Assembly: GCA_001794125.1 (NCBI GenBank)
Contig: MGJF01000013.1
Location: 450-64,449 of the forward strand
Source: Candidatus Yanofskybacteria bacterium RIFCSPHIGHO2_01_FULL_43_32
GTDB lineage: Bacteria; Patescibacteriota; Minisyncoccia; 2-02-FULL-40-12; GWA2-44-9
Length of the DNA stretch: 64,000 bases
Reading direction: 5' to 3'
A model generated the notes under the pieces. That model searched no databases, had not been told where the DNA came from, and worked only from the letters and a program-made list of their open reading frames with translations. This document shows positions 26,562-35,739 of the stretch, in pieces. The number at the start of each line of letters is the position of its first letter. Positions within the stretch are counted from its first letter, which is position 1. The translations under genes were made by a program, and so were the position numbers.

Positions 26562-29500
26562 ATGCGGTTCGCAATAATTTTAACGGCTCTTTTGCTTTTT
26601 CCCGCCGGATTTGTTTTTGCCGCCGAAACGCAGATAGACGCATCGGTTGATGTCACAACCGCCGCTCACAACGGCAGCAGTCCGACTGTCGTTTTTACTT
26701 CCGACAACATTGGCTACGCTTTTTACAGTGACAGCGCCGGCACTTGCGCTTACAGCAAGACGATAAACGGCGGGTCAAGCTGGGGAACTCCCGTTACCGT
26801 TGACGCCCAAACGGACTGCAACCATATCGCCGTATGGTATGACGGCTGGACCCCGGGCATTTCCGGAGGATACATTCATATCAGCACCATGGATGCGGCC
26901 GATCTTTGGTATAACCGGCTTGAGGTATCTTCGGACACGCTTCTTTTGGGTTCCACTCCCGTTAACGCCAGCGGCGCCAATCAGGCCGGGGTCTTTACCG
27001 CCGCGGCAAATACTCATTCAATAACAATGGGAACCGACGGAGACGTCTACATGGGTGTTCAGGATGCCGGTGACTCTTTTGTCGTCAAATGTTCGGCATC
27101 CTGCGATACGGCGGACAATTGGACGGAGGCGGGTTTGGTCAGCCCGTTCGATCTGGATGAGGACTGGCTGATACTGATGCCGTTATCTGGCGAGAATATT
27201 TTGGCTATCCGTTGGGATATCTCCGGAAATGCCATCCAGTCAAAAGTTTACAACGATACTCTGAATACCTGGGACGTTCTTTGGGCCAATGTGGACAGCA
27301 ACGCTCTTGAAAACACGACTTACGACGCCGCTTTCGGCGCTACGCTTAAAAGGTCCACCGGGGACATGTATCTTGCCTATGCCGGTGACTACGGGACACT
27401 CGGCACCGATGACGATATCCGCACGGCCGTTTACAGCGGCGGGGCATGGACAGCCAAGACCAACGTTCTGACCAACGACACCAAGGGCATCACCGGGGTA
27501 AAAATAGCCATAGACGACAATACGGCCGATGATGTCTACGTTGTTTACAGCGCCCGCGCCACGGCCGGAACCGCCGCAACAGGAAATATTTACTATAAAA
27601 AATCATCGGACGGAATGGCCACATGGGGAACGGAACAGGGTCCGATAAACACTACGGCCGGAGACTTATACGGCTCAAGGGTTAATATTATTTCTGACCA
27701 AAGAATTTACGTTACCTGGGACCTGCCGAGCGCGGACGACATTCTCGGAACCACCATTGCGGACCTTGCTCCGCCGGCCATTACGGTTGGTTCTGCCGGC
27801 ACACAGACCGTTAATCTCACCATCCCCTCCGCTGACGCTTATGTCGGAGGCGCTTTTACTTTTCTGCGGGACAATGAATCGGCCAACGTTACCCAGATAA
27901 TTATCTCTGAAACGGGAACGGTAAATGCAAACACCAACCTTTCGGACGTAAAACTTTACTACAAAGCCCAGGCGGCCTGTGATTCGGCGCTTCCGGGAGA
28001 CGCAACCCTCTTCAATTCTTCGGCCGGCACTTTTAGTGGATCGGAAAAAGCCGCTCTTACCGGAACGATGAGTGTGAATGGAACGCAAGTATGCGTTTAT
28101 GTCCAGATGGACATCGGCTCCGGTGCGATTGCGAATGACACGCTCGAAATAGAAATAGCCAATCCTTCTGCCGATATTGCCGTAAGCGCCGGCGGCATCT
28201 TGCCGGCAACCTCCGTCGCCATAAGCGGCACCACAACCCTGATCTCCAACAACGCTCCCGCTGCTCCCACAAATGTTTCACCACCCAACAGCACTTCTGT
28301 GGTCACTCTCACTCCGATGCTTGAGGCCTCCGCGTACAGCGACAACGAAAGCGATACCCATGCCGCAACCCAGTGGCAGGTCACGGCCGTTTCCGGCGAC
28401 TACTCAAGTTCGGTATTCGACTTTACGTCCTCGACGGGAGAAACCTCACGGGTGATACCGGCAGATACGCTTTTGAACGCAACCACTTATTACTGGCGCG
28501 TCCGATACCGCGATAATTTCAATGCGACCCACTGGTCCAATTATTCCACAGAGACTTCATTCCTAACCGCCAATAATGCCCCGGCTGCTCCCACAAACAT
28601 CTCGCCAATTAACGGCACCTCGGTCACCACCTTAACGCCGATGCTTGAGGCCTCGACATACAGTGATCCGGAAAGCGACACCCACGCCGCAACCCAGTGG
28701 CAAGTTACCTCAACCCCCGGAGATTATTCCAGTCCGGTGTTTAATTTCACCTCCATAACCGCGGAGACCTCGCGAGTAATCACGGCAAGCACGCTTTCGA
28801 ACACCGCGACTTATTACTGGCACGTCAGGTATAGAGACAATATCAACCCAACCCACTGGTCTAACTATTCAACTGAAACGTCTTTCATTACCGCCCTAAC
28901 CCAATTATCCATCAAGATCGAGGCCCTAAGCGGCAAGACGGAATATTTTATCGGCGACAACGTGCCCCTGGACGTTCAGGTGACCAATTTCACCACCGGC
29001 TCGCCAATAAACGATGCTGCTGTGACGGTAAGCGTTTTTGATCCGAGCGGAACCAAGATAATCACGGATCAGGCAATGGCCTATATATCAAACTCCAGCG
29101 GAATATACAGATACACTATGGTAAACCCTACGGTCAATGGAACGTATGTTTATGAAATTAAGGCCGTAAAGAGCGGCCAGTCCGGCTACGGAGCGGCTAA
29201 TTTCCAAGTCGGCGCATTGGCCAGCACAAAAGCCTTGAGCGAAAGCATCCAGGCCTCCCAACAGAAAATCAGTACCGCCACGCTCTCGGACGTAGGAAAC
29301 CTTGAATTGGGAAAAACCTACCGAGCCAAACTGACACTCGAAAATTTTGAAAGCGAGCTGACCGATTCCTTCAGTTTGCCGACCATAACAATCTATGACT
29401 CTTTGCGGAATGTGTTAATAAATTCATTGCCCATGACAAAAATAAACGACGGAACTTACGAATTTACGTATCTTACCGGTGCCGGCCAAGTATCCGGTTT

Positions 29501-30185
29501 GTGGGAAGCGGCGGTAAGCATACCTGTGACGAGCACCAATACCATTTCCAGAAATGATTACTTCCAGGTGACGGGCGCTCCGGCGCAGGTTAAAATAAAC
29601 AGTATCAGGGACTCCACCGTTCCTTCCATCACGGCGAACATCACCATCACGAACGAGGGTAATGCGGCGTTCGAATATCACTACGAATACTGCATAGTCG
29701 CCGAACAGCCCATTCAATGTATCGGCGTCAATGCTTTAGCGTACGGTCTAGGCGCAAAGCTCATTCAGCCCGGAGAGGATTTCACAACCGACCTCATTCT
29801 CCAAGTTTCCAATCCCGGCACGTATTATTTCAAGGTCGGGGTGTATTGGGGAACCGAAAGATCCGGAGCCGCCCTGCAATTCCAGGCAAAAATCCAGACG
29901 TTGCAGGTTCAGCAATCGCCGGGAGGCGGAGGGGGCGGTCCGGCTCCGGAACCGGCAAAACCGCCAAGCATCAGTCTGGAGCAAATCTGGAATCTTCTTG
30001 CCAGTCTTCTTACCCAAGTAACCGGCGCCGGCCAAAAAATAGGCGTCATTGAGTCCCGCCTGAACTATCTTGAGCGGATATGGTCACAACTTCAGCCGCA
30101 AATCCAGCCGTCCAAAACCGCCGCTCCGGCCAAAGCGGCTCCGATCTCAAAAATAAAACCGGTAATAAAAATACGGATAAAATGA
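26562..30185 (+). CDS. Giant secreted surface protein (1207 aa) with tandem FN3-like repeats and Gly-rich C-terminal coiled region
   Basis: It has a signal peptide and two ~105-aa repeats of NAPAAPTN.SP.N.TSV.TLTPMLEAS.YSD.ESDTHAATQWQVT....YYW.VRYRDN..THWSNYSTETSF. A GGGGGG tract lies near the C-terminus. Confidence 0.7.
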   Translation: MRFAIILTALLLFPAGFVFAAETQIDASVDVTTAAHNGSSPTVVFTSDNIGYAFYSDSAGTCAYSKTINGGSSWGTPVTVDAQTDCNHIAVWYDGWTPGISGGYIHISTMDAADLWYNRLEVSSDTLLLGSTPVNASGANQAGVFTAAANTHSITMGTDGDVYMGVQDAGDSFVVKCSASCDTADNWTEAGLVSPFDLDEDWLILMPLSGENILAIRWDISGNAIQSKVYNDTLNTWDVLWANVDSNALENTTYDAAFGATLKRSTGDMYLAYAGDYGTLGTDDDIRTAVYSGGAWTAKTNVLTNDTKGITGVKIAIDDNTADDVYVVYSARATAGTAATGNIYYKKSSDGMATWGTEQGPINTTAGDLYGSRVNIISDQRIYVTWDLPSADDILGTTIADLAPPAITVGSAGTQTVNLTIPSADAYVGGAFTFLRDNESANVTQIIISETGTVNANTNLSDVKLYYKAQAACDSALPGDATLFNSSAGTFSGSEKAALTGTMSVNGTQVCVYVQMDIGSGAIANDTLEIEIANPSADIAVSAGGILPATSVAISGTTTLISNNAPAAPTNVSPPNSTSVVTLTPMLEASAYSDNESDTHAATQWQVTAVSGDYSSSVFDFTSSTGETSRVIPADTLLNATTYYWRVRYRDNFNATHWSNYSTETSFLTANNAPAAPTNISPINGTSVTTLTPMLEASTYSDPESDTHAATQWQVTSTPGDYSSPVFNFTSITAETSRVITASTLSNTATYYWHVRYRDNINPTHWSNYSTETSFITALTQLSIKIEALSGKTEYFIGDNVPLDVQVTNFTTGSPINDAAVTVSVFDPSGTKIITDQAMAYISNSSGIYRYTMVNPTVNGTYVYEIKAVKSGQSGYGAANFQVGALASTKALSESIQASQQKISTATLSDVGNLELGKTYRAKLTLENFESELTDSFSLPTITIYDSLRNVLINSLPMTKINDGTYEFTYLTGAGQVSGLWEAAVSIPVTSTNTISRNDYFQVTGAPAQVKINSIRDSTVPSITANITITNEGNAAFEYHYEYCIVAEQPIQCIGVNALAYGLGAKLIQPGEDFTTDLILQVSNPGTYYFKVGVYWGTERSGAALQFQAKIQTLQVQQSPGGGGGGPAPEPAKPPSISLEQIWNLLASLLTQVTGAGQKIGVIESRLNYLERIWSQLQPQIQPSKTAAPAKAAPISKIKPVIKIRIK
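28251..28890 (+). repeat. Two tandem ~315-bp direct repeats (about 80% identical) inside the giant gene
   Basis: Repeat 1 is about 28251-28568 and repeat 2 about 28569-28890, read directly. Confidence 0.7.
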
Positions 30186-30565
30186 GAACCGGATTCTACA
30201 AAAACACGGTATTCATAGAAGCCGCTATAATAGCAGTATTTCTTATAATCATGTTTAATATTTCGTCTGAAACCGTCTATAATCAGGATTCCGACAAGAT
30301 CCGTCAGCTTGAATATGATCTTGTCCGAATAGAAGATACGGCAAACATCGCTCTGGCCATAAGAGAATATCTCGACGAACACAACGCCCTGCCTGAAAGT
30401 TTGGGAGTCCTTGAAACGGAAAAATATCTTTTCGCCCAAAACATCCGCGACCCGGAAAATAATCTGCCTTATTTTTACAAAAAAAGAGCAGCGGATTTCG
30501 TCTTGTGCGTATATTTAAGCAATAAAGTTAAGGGCGTGAATACGGAAGATTGTCCTGAAAAATAA
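30182..30565 (+). CDS. Small membrane protein, translationally coupled (ATGA overlap) to the giant gene; pilin-like N-terminal helix
   Basis: ATG at 30182 overlaps TGA at 30183-30185. The N-terminus is MRTGFYKNTVFIEAAIIAVFLIIMF. Confidence 0.45.
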   Translation: MRTGFYKNTVFIEAAIIAVFLIIMFNISSETVYNQDSDKIRQLEYDLVRIEDTANIALAIREYLDEHNALPESLGVLETEKYLFAQNIRDPENNLPYFYKKRAADFVLCVYLSNKVKGVNTEDCPEK

Positions 30566-30582
30566 CAAAGAGTCCGCTTAGA

Positions 30583-31593
30583 TTATTTGGTTTCGCCGGA
30601 ACTGGCGAATTTTTGTCGGGCTTCGTTGTTTAACGCTTCCACATCCACGCCGTTGTCTCTCAAGCCCGCTTCCAATTCGGCCAGATCCCGCCTGGCATTT
30701 CTTGCGTTAATCGACAAAGTTTCTTCCGCCATTTTAAATCCAAATTTTTTAAACCCTTTGGCCGCGCTCTTTTTTTCTTTAAGTTTATTAATATCATCCT
30801 CTATTTTAAGAACTTTCATGACGGCCTGCTTGTAGTTGTCCGTCTGCCGGGCTATGTCCGGATTTCTGCCGGCAATTTCCGCGTTAGTCTTCACCGAGGA
30901 CCCTTTTCCGGTTGCTCGCGTTGCTTGTTTTGCTTCCTTCTCTTGAACTTCTTTTTCAACTTCCGCCCTGATCGGCGCGACATCTATGCCTAATTCTTTC
31001 ATCACCATTTCCTGTTTTTTAAGATTTTCCTTGAGTGATGGAAGGTCGAATGCCGCAGTCATCCCCACAAAATTAGAATCCAGTTGTCGAGAATAATTAT
31101 TCCAATCAGTAAATTCTTCTGCTTTGGCCTTCTCGGTCTCTTGTGAGGACTTTTCCACCTTATGCTCCGCAAGAAGAACTTTTTCGTAGGCAAGCCTATA
31201 GTCAACCTTCAGCTTGGCCATGGCGACTCTGTCTGAAACGGACAACTCAATCCCGGCTCCTTTTTGGCCGGGCTCGCCCGCTTCGGACTTTGAAGGAATA
31301 CCGCTTAAGACCCCGGCCAACATTGTCATGATAACCATGCCTTTTAACCGGCCATGGATTTTATTCCTCTTGGCGGATTTCTCAATTATGCTTCCCGACG
31401 GCTCCTCTATCCGCGCCGACAATTGCTTTTCCCAAATCATCAATAACTCCGCCCTTTCAGTCGGCGTTTCTACTGATTCCAATGCAGCCTCCCTCTCAAC
31501 AAGTTCAGCCGGACTATAACCCGTTTGCAATTCCACATCCTCAGAAACTGGTTGAATCCTGTCATCGGGAATTTGTAGTGTTTCTTTAGACAT
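30583..31593 (-). CDS. Hypothetical coiled-coil membrane protein
   Basis: It is an ORF with a TM helix and a K/E-rich coiled coil. Confidence 0.4.
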   Translation of the reverse strand: MSKETLQIPDDRIQPVSEDVELQTGYSPAELVEREAALESVETPTERAELLMIWEKQLSARIEEPSGSIIEKSAKRNKIHGRLKGMVIMTMLAGVLSGIPSKSEAGEPGQKGAGIELSVSDRVAMAKLKVDYRLAYEKVLLAEHKVEKSSQETEKAKAEEFTDWNNYSRQLDSNFVGMTAAFDLPSLKENLKKQEMVMKELGIDVAPIRAEVEKEVQEKEAKQATRATGKGSSVKTNAEIAGRNPDIARQTDNYKQAVMKVLKIEDDINKLKEKKSAAKGFKKFGFKMAEETLSINARNARRDLAELEAGLRDNGVDVEALNNEARQKFASSGETK

Positions 31594-31597
31594 AAAT

Positions 31598-31861
31598 TTA
31601 TTGTGATAATTTATTTAACATTTCCCGTTCTTCGTCTAATATCTTATTGAACTCTTCTTTGTTCCCCGACAAAATTGCTTCTTTTTTATTCTTAAGATTG
31701 TCGGTGAACCATTGAAGCTGGTCGGCATCTTCATTAAAAATATCCAAAAGATTCTGACTTTCGTCGTCATCTATAACAGCAAGCGCCTCGTCCCAAACTT
31801 TCTTGTCATCCCCGCTCAAACCCGACTCCTGAATAAATGATTGAGGATTCAACTTTGACAT
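31598..31861 (-). CDS. Hypothetical acidic protein
   Basis: ORF only. Confidence 0.35.
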   Translation of the reverse strand: MSKLNPQSFIQESGLSGDDKKVWDEALAVIDDDESQNLLDIFNEDADQLQWFTDNLKNKKEAILSGNKEEFNKILDEEREMLNKLSQ

Positions 31862-31953
31862 AATACAAACAAGTTTAACAAATTACCGGAAGAAAACAAT
31901 GGGAAGTGTTTATAATCTATCGGCGCCAATAAAAAAACCGACATAAAATCGGC

Positions 31954-32370
31954 TTATTTCGAACTTCTGCCCGGCGGCAAATAGGCATATTTTATCTCGG
32001 CAAAAGACTGTAGTTTATTTACCGTGGAATCGGCCCGCGAACTTGTTTTTACATAAACCGTATATAATTCTGCGGGGGAAGGATTGGGGTCAATATTAGT
32101 TTTATCAAATACCCGCTCAACAGACCTTACATCTTTCCATGAACGAATCTCTTTTAAAATGGCATTTTCCCTTTGTTTCGAGGTTCTATTCCTAAATGCA
32201 AATATGATCTGGATAATCTTGGACTTCTTGCTTATGGTCGCTTTTTCAATGTCCCTGAAAGACGGCGGAGACAAAGGATCACGAACCGATTCACATTCAA
32301 AACAATAATTTCGGCCTTTTTTAATATAATTTCTTCCACATACACACTTGCGTCTTCTGGTCTTAGCCAA
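31954..32370 (-). CDS. Hypothetical protein with N-terminal Cys4 cluster
   Basis: The N-terminus has CVCGRNYIKKGRNYCFEC. Confidence 0.35.
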   Translation of the reverse strand: MAKTRRRKCVCGRNYIKKGRNYCFECESVRDPLSPPSFRDIEKATISKKSKIIQIIFAFRNRTSKQRENAILKEIRSWKDVRSVERVFDKTNIDPNPSPAELYTVYVKTSSRADSTVNKLQSFAEIKYAYLPPGRSSK

Positions 32371-32510
32371 GGATTACTTCTCTTTTTTATTAAGTACTGA
32401 AAAACATAATACCACTTAGACGATATTCAATCAATCTGGCTCCCGAAACAAAGGATATCTTAACTTAAACATAAAAAGGGTTGGAAACAATAGTTTCCAA
32501 CCCTTTGGAT

Positions 32511-33287
32511 TTATCTGTCATTATTCCATCGCCCGGTTAGTCCGAAGCTAATGGTTTTGAACCCGGCCGCTTCCGCGAAGATTCCATAATGAAGTCCGGA
32601 CAAAGGACTATATCGTTCGGGTTTGGTTCTCCCGAAAAATATGTCTATCCTGGGGCTTATGCCGCTTTCCAATTGTTGCGTACTCACGACTTTGGAAGAA
32701 TTCTGGCAATCAAGACAATCTTTTCCGACATAATTCCTCGCCAAAAGACGATAATGCTGGACAGAAAAAGCAACCGAATGATTCTTCTTGGCAAATTCTA
32801 TCCCAATCCTGGGAGTAAGATGTTCCGCTACAATATCGTTGACCATTACCGTATCCCACCAATTTAGAGTCGTGCCCGCCACCCCATTTTTAAACAAATA
32901 GAACTTAGGATGGACACCGTTGAGGTTGAGACCGATTAGCTGATACGAAATAGGCAACTTGATCTGCCATGAATCGCTATCACCGCTTAATATTCTTGTT
33001 ATGCCCAATTTGAATCCCGAAGATAGAGGATGCGTGGTGACTCTGGGTTTCATCCCGTCTGAGGCGGGTACAAACATTTGTTGCCAATTCTTTTGTAGGA
33101 CTGGTTCGTATGAAGTCGCATTGGTCCCAACATCAAACAAGACATCAATGCTAAATTTTGATCTGTATTCAGGATGAGTTGGCTGAGATTGTGCCATTAA
33201 TAGCTTGGCCCGGCATGGGATAAACATAAGGGTCAATGCAAATATCACCCACTTCTTTGCCATTGCATTTTCTCCTTTGTCAAACAA
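32511..33287 (-). CDS. Secreted hypothetical protein
   Basis: It has a signal-peptide-like N-terminus. Confidence 0.4.
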   Translation of the reverse strand: MFDKGENAMAKKWVIFALTLMFIPCRAKLLMAQSQPTHPEYRSKFSIDVLFDVGTNATSYEPVLQKNWQQMFVPASDGMKPRVTTHPLSSGFKLGITRILSGDSDSWQIKLPISYQLIGLNLNGVHPKFYLFKNGVAGTTLNWWDTVMVNDIVAEHLTPRIGIEFAKKNHSVAFSVQHYRLLARNYVGKDCLDCQNSSKVVSTQQLESGISPRIDIFFGRTKPERYSPLSGLHYGIFAEAAGFKTISFGLTGRWNNDR

Positions 33288-33416
33288 CGAATTTAAACTA
33301 AAATACCACCTATGTGGTACTTGTCAAACCTGTGCTCCGAACTGTTGACTTTGTTCGAACGTGGATTCGGGAGAATTATCGGACATATAATGTGTCGAAA
33401 TTAAATAAACCAGAAC

Positions 33417-33445
33417 TTGACAAAATTGATAATATTACCTAATAT
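33417..33445 (+). promoter_or_regulatory. Near-consensus promoter TTGACA-N17-TAATAT, followed by GGAGGT SD and ATG 33476
   Basis: Read directly from the sequence. Confidence 0.55.
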
Positions 33446-33475
33446 AATACTAGCACGGTTTTATGGAGGTATTAC

Positions 33476-33715
33476 ATGAGCAATACTGGAAATAAGAAAT
33501 TTGGTTGGTTCGCAATTTTTGTTGCTTTTTCCATCGGATTTTCTCTCGGCGATGATTCAGACAAGCACAAGTCAGAAGTTAGGCGATTAAATTCGGAGAT
33601 TAGTGAAAAAGACTCCCGAATCAAGCAACTGGAAGATGAGAATAAAAAGTTAAAGGCAAATTCCGATAATGAGGCAAGCAAAAATCCTTATGACCCCTTC
33701 CGTTCTCTTCGGTGA
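33476..33715 (+). CDS. Small membrane/coiled-coil protein
   Basis: It has a TM helix and a coiled coil. Confidence 0.4.
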   Translation: MSNTGNKKFGWFAIFVAFSIGFSLGDDSDKHKSEVRRLNSEISEKDSRIKQLEDENKKLKANSDNEASKNPYDPFRSLR

Positions 33716-33721
33716 AAAGTA

Positions 33722-33752
33722 GCGCAGAAATTGCGCTCTTTTTTTGAAAAAA
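33722..33752 (+). terminator. Hairpin AGCGCA-GAAATT-GCGCT + T7
   Basis: It lies immediately 3' of the preceding CDS. Confidence 0.6.
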
Positions 33753-33922
33753 TAATTAAAGGTTCGGTAGTCCTTACTCCAGTAAGAAAATAACCCGCAT
33801 AATTGCAGGTTATTTTCCTTTGCTCGCCCTGAAGGACGATTTCCGACAGATAGATTGGGTATCGGAATTCGGCGACCTTGAGTTATTACAGAAACGGTTG
33901 AATAGATTCTTGGCGGTATAAG

Positions 33923-34132
33923 CTAAATCTCTGACCACATCGACTTTTGATCGTCGGGGAGCTTCTGGAAGCACTCCTCGCACATCTTGGCTGGCTCATC
34001 GGCCTTGAAATCGGCGCCTTCCTCAACCGCACCACCGCCGACCATGACTCCCGGATTGTGATGCCACTTTATTTGGTCATCCGGCCAGACCTTATCGCAG
34101 TCGAGACCATTACATGGGACTTGTTTATTCAT
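33923..34132 (-). CDS. Small Cys-rich hypothetical protein
   Basis: ORF only. Confidence 0.3.
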   Translation of the reverse strand: MNKQVPCNGLDCDKVWPDDQIKWHHNPGVMVGGGAVEEGADFKADEPAKMCEECFQKLPDDQKSMWSEI

Positions 34133-34211
34133 AAACTGATGCTATCACCAAAAATTTTATTTGTCCAAACCCGACCTATTCTTGTAAAAATCGCCGTTTG
34201 GTCTTATTTTT

Positions 34212-34628
34212 ATGATCATGGATAAAGTATCGAAAAACAAAAGAAGCGACATCATGCGAGCGGTAAAAAGCAAAAATTCAAAAATCGAGATCTCCTTGAT
34301 GCAAGAATTGAGAAAAAGAAAGATCGCTTACAAAAAACATGTTCCCAACCTCCCCGGAACTCCGGATATCGTTCTGAAAAAAGAAAAAGTCGCCATATTC
34401 GTGGATTCTTGTTTTTGGCATGGATGCAGGTGGCACGGAACCATGCCGGCTTCAAATAGAAAATTCTGGACTCAAAAAATATCCGCCAACAAAGCCAGAG
34501 ACAAAAGAGTGACCGTCATGTGCCGAAACTTGGGCTGGAAAGTGTTGAGATTTTGGGAACACCAACTGGAAAAAGATTTTGATGGAATAGCGGACAGAAT
34601 TCAAAAACAAGCGACTCTAATCCGGTAG
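34212..34628 (+). CDS. vsr: Very-short-patch repair endonuclease
   Basis: The protein contains SDIMRAVKSKNSKIE, LPGTPDIVL, VAIFVDSCFWHGC and LGWKVLRFWEHQL, which are Vsr signatures. It converges on the dcm gene and overlaps its 3' end by 12 nt. Confidence 0.85.
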   Translation: MIMDKVSKNKRSDIMRAVKSKNSKIEISLMQELRKRKIAYKKHVPNLPGTPDIVLKKEKVAIFVDSCFWHGCRWHGTMPASNRKFWTQKISANKARDKRVTVMCRNLGWKVLRFWEHQLEKDFDGIADRIQKQATLIR

Positions 34629-35702
34629 ATTCTCCAGGTGGTTTTTTATGCTTGAAGCGATAGCCCGTCCCAATAAAACCGGGACAGCATTGCCTATCAG
34701 GCGGGCCGTTTTGGTCATGGAGACATTATCTCCTTCATTGAATCGATAGTGAGAAGGGAAGCTTTGTAATAATGCCGCTTCTCTCAAAGATATGGCTCTG
34801 TTTTGAGAAGGATGACCGAATCTTCCGGTCCCGAGATTTACGCAATGCGTCGTGATCGTCGGTGAAGGTTCATCCCATTTCATCCTGCCGTAAACTGAAG
34901 ACATGTATGAATGCCCGCTGGCCTTTTTATAACAAGCCGGCATAAGTTCCGGTTTCCAACTTTTGGCGTTCCCGCCGTTCTTCGGCGTAGCCATTACTCT
35001 TCTTTTGTTCAAGGGACTCAATTTGCTCGCCCTGTGAAGCGGATCTTTTCGATCGACTTCCCCGTCTTTTATGTGTTTCAAACCAAAGATGGCATCTCGG
35101 ACCGTCACGAGGTTATTTTTGTCTTTAGTTTCCGGAACCAGATTTATTTCTCCGAATTTCGAGGCCAATAATACCAACCTTTTTCTTTTTTGAGGAACGC
35201 CGTACTTCGAGGCATCCACGACTCGGTAAAAAACATGATATTTGTTTTTTCGCAAAGAAGCCAGAAACTTTTTGAATATGGGATACTTTTTTTCTTTCGC
35301 GAGATCGGGAACATTTTCCATGGAAATTATGGCCGGTTTGGTATGGGCTATCAAACGACCGAATTCCTCGAGCGGTTCCCATCTTTTATCGCTTTTTCTA
35401 TGGGCGGAATTTTTACGATTCAGAGCCGAAAATGGTTGACACGGAGCGCAACCGACGAGGATTTTTATTTCGGCATTTCCAAATAATCCGTTCAATTCGG
35501 AAGAAGATAGATCGGAAACATTTCGATGAACGAATTTTGTCCGGTTGTTTTTTTCGAACGGATATCTGCACGAGTTGTCGATGTCGACTCCCGCCACGAC
35601 ATCGAATCCCTCCAAGACAAAGCCGTGAGTCAAACCACCCACACCGCAAAATAAGTCGACGACTTTTGTCATCCCCAACATTTTCTTTCGAGACGACTCC
35701 AT
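34617..35702 (-). CDS. dcm: DNA (cytosine-5)-methyltransferase M1
   Basis: The motifs are I DLFCGVGG, IV CAPCQPFS, VI ISMENV, VIII YGVPQKRKR and X IGNAVPV. Confidence 0.85.
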   Translation of the reverse strand: MESSRKKMLGMTKVVDLFCGVGGLTHGFVLEGFDVVAGVDIDNSCRYPFEKNNRTKFVHRNVSDLSSSELNGLFGNAEIKILVGCAPCQPFSALNRKNSAHRKSDKRWEPLEEFGRLIAHTKPAIISMENVPDLAKEKKYPIFKKFLASLRKNKYHVFYRVVDASKYGVPQKRKRLVLLASKFGEINLVPETKDKNNLVTVRDAIFGLKHIKDGEVDRKDPLHRASKLSPLNKRRVMATPKNGGNAKSWKPELMPACYKKASGHSYMSSVYGRMKWDEPSPTITTHCVNLGTGRFGHPSQNRAISLREAALLQSFPSHYRFNEGDNVSMTKTARLIGNAVPVLLGRAIASSIKNHLENLPD

Positions 35703-35739
35703 ATATCGATTATAGAATAAATAAATGAAAAACTCGAGA

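Noticed and set aside
26562-30185. Numerous ORFs of 60-140 aa antisense or out-of-frame inside the giant surface-protein genes (e.g. 27675-28088, 28097-28384, 50317-52576, 56700-58038)
   Set aside because: They are nested in long, well-supported ORFs with repeat structure. Their Arg/Gly/Ser-rich composition is typical of off-frame translation of GC-richer repeats.
30182-30565. Type IV pilin or pseudopilin call for the small protein coupled to the giant gene
   Set aside because: The N-terminal helix is pilin-like, but the prepilin cleavage motif G|F(T/M)LxE with Glu at +5 is not present (Glu is at +9). It was downgraded to a generic small membrane protein.
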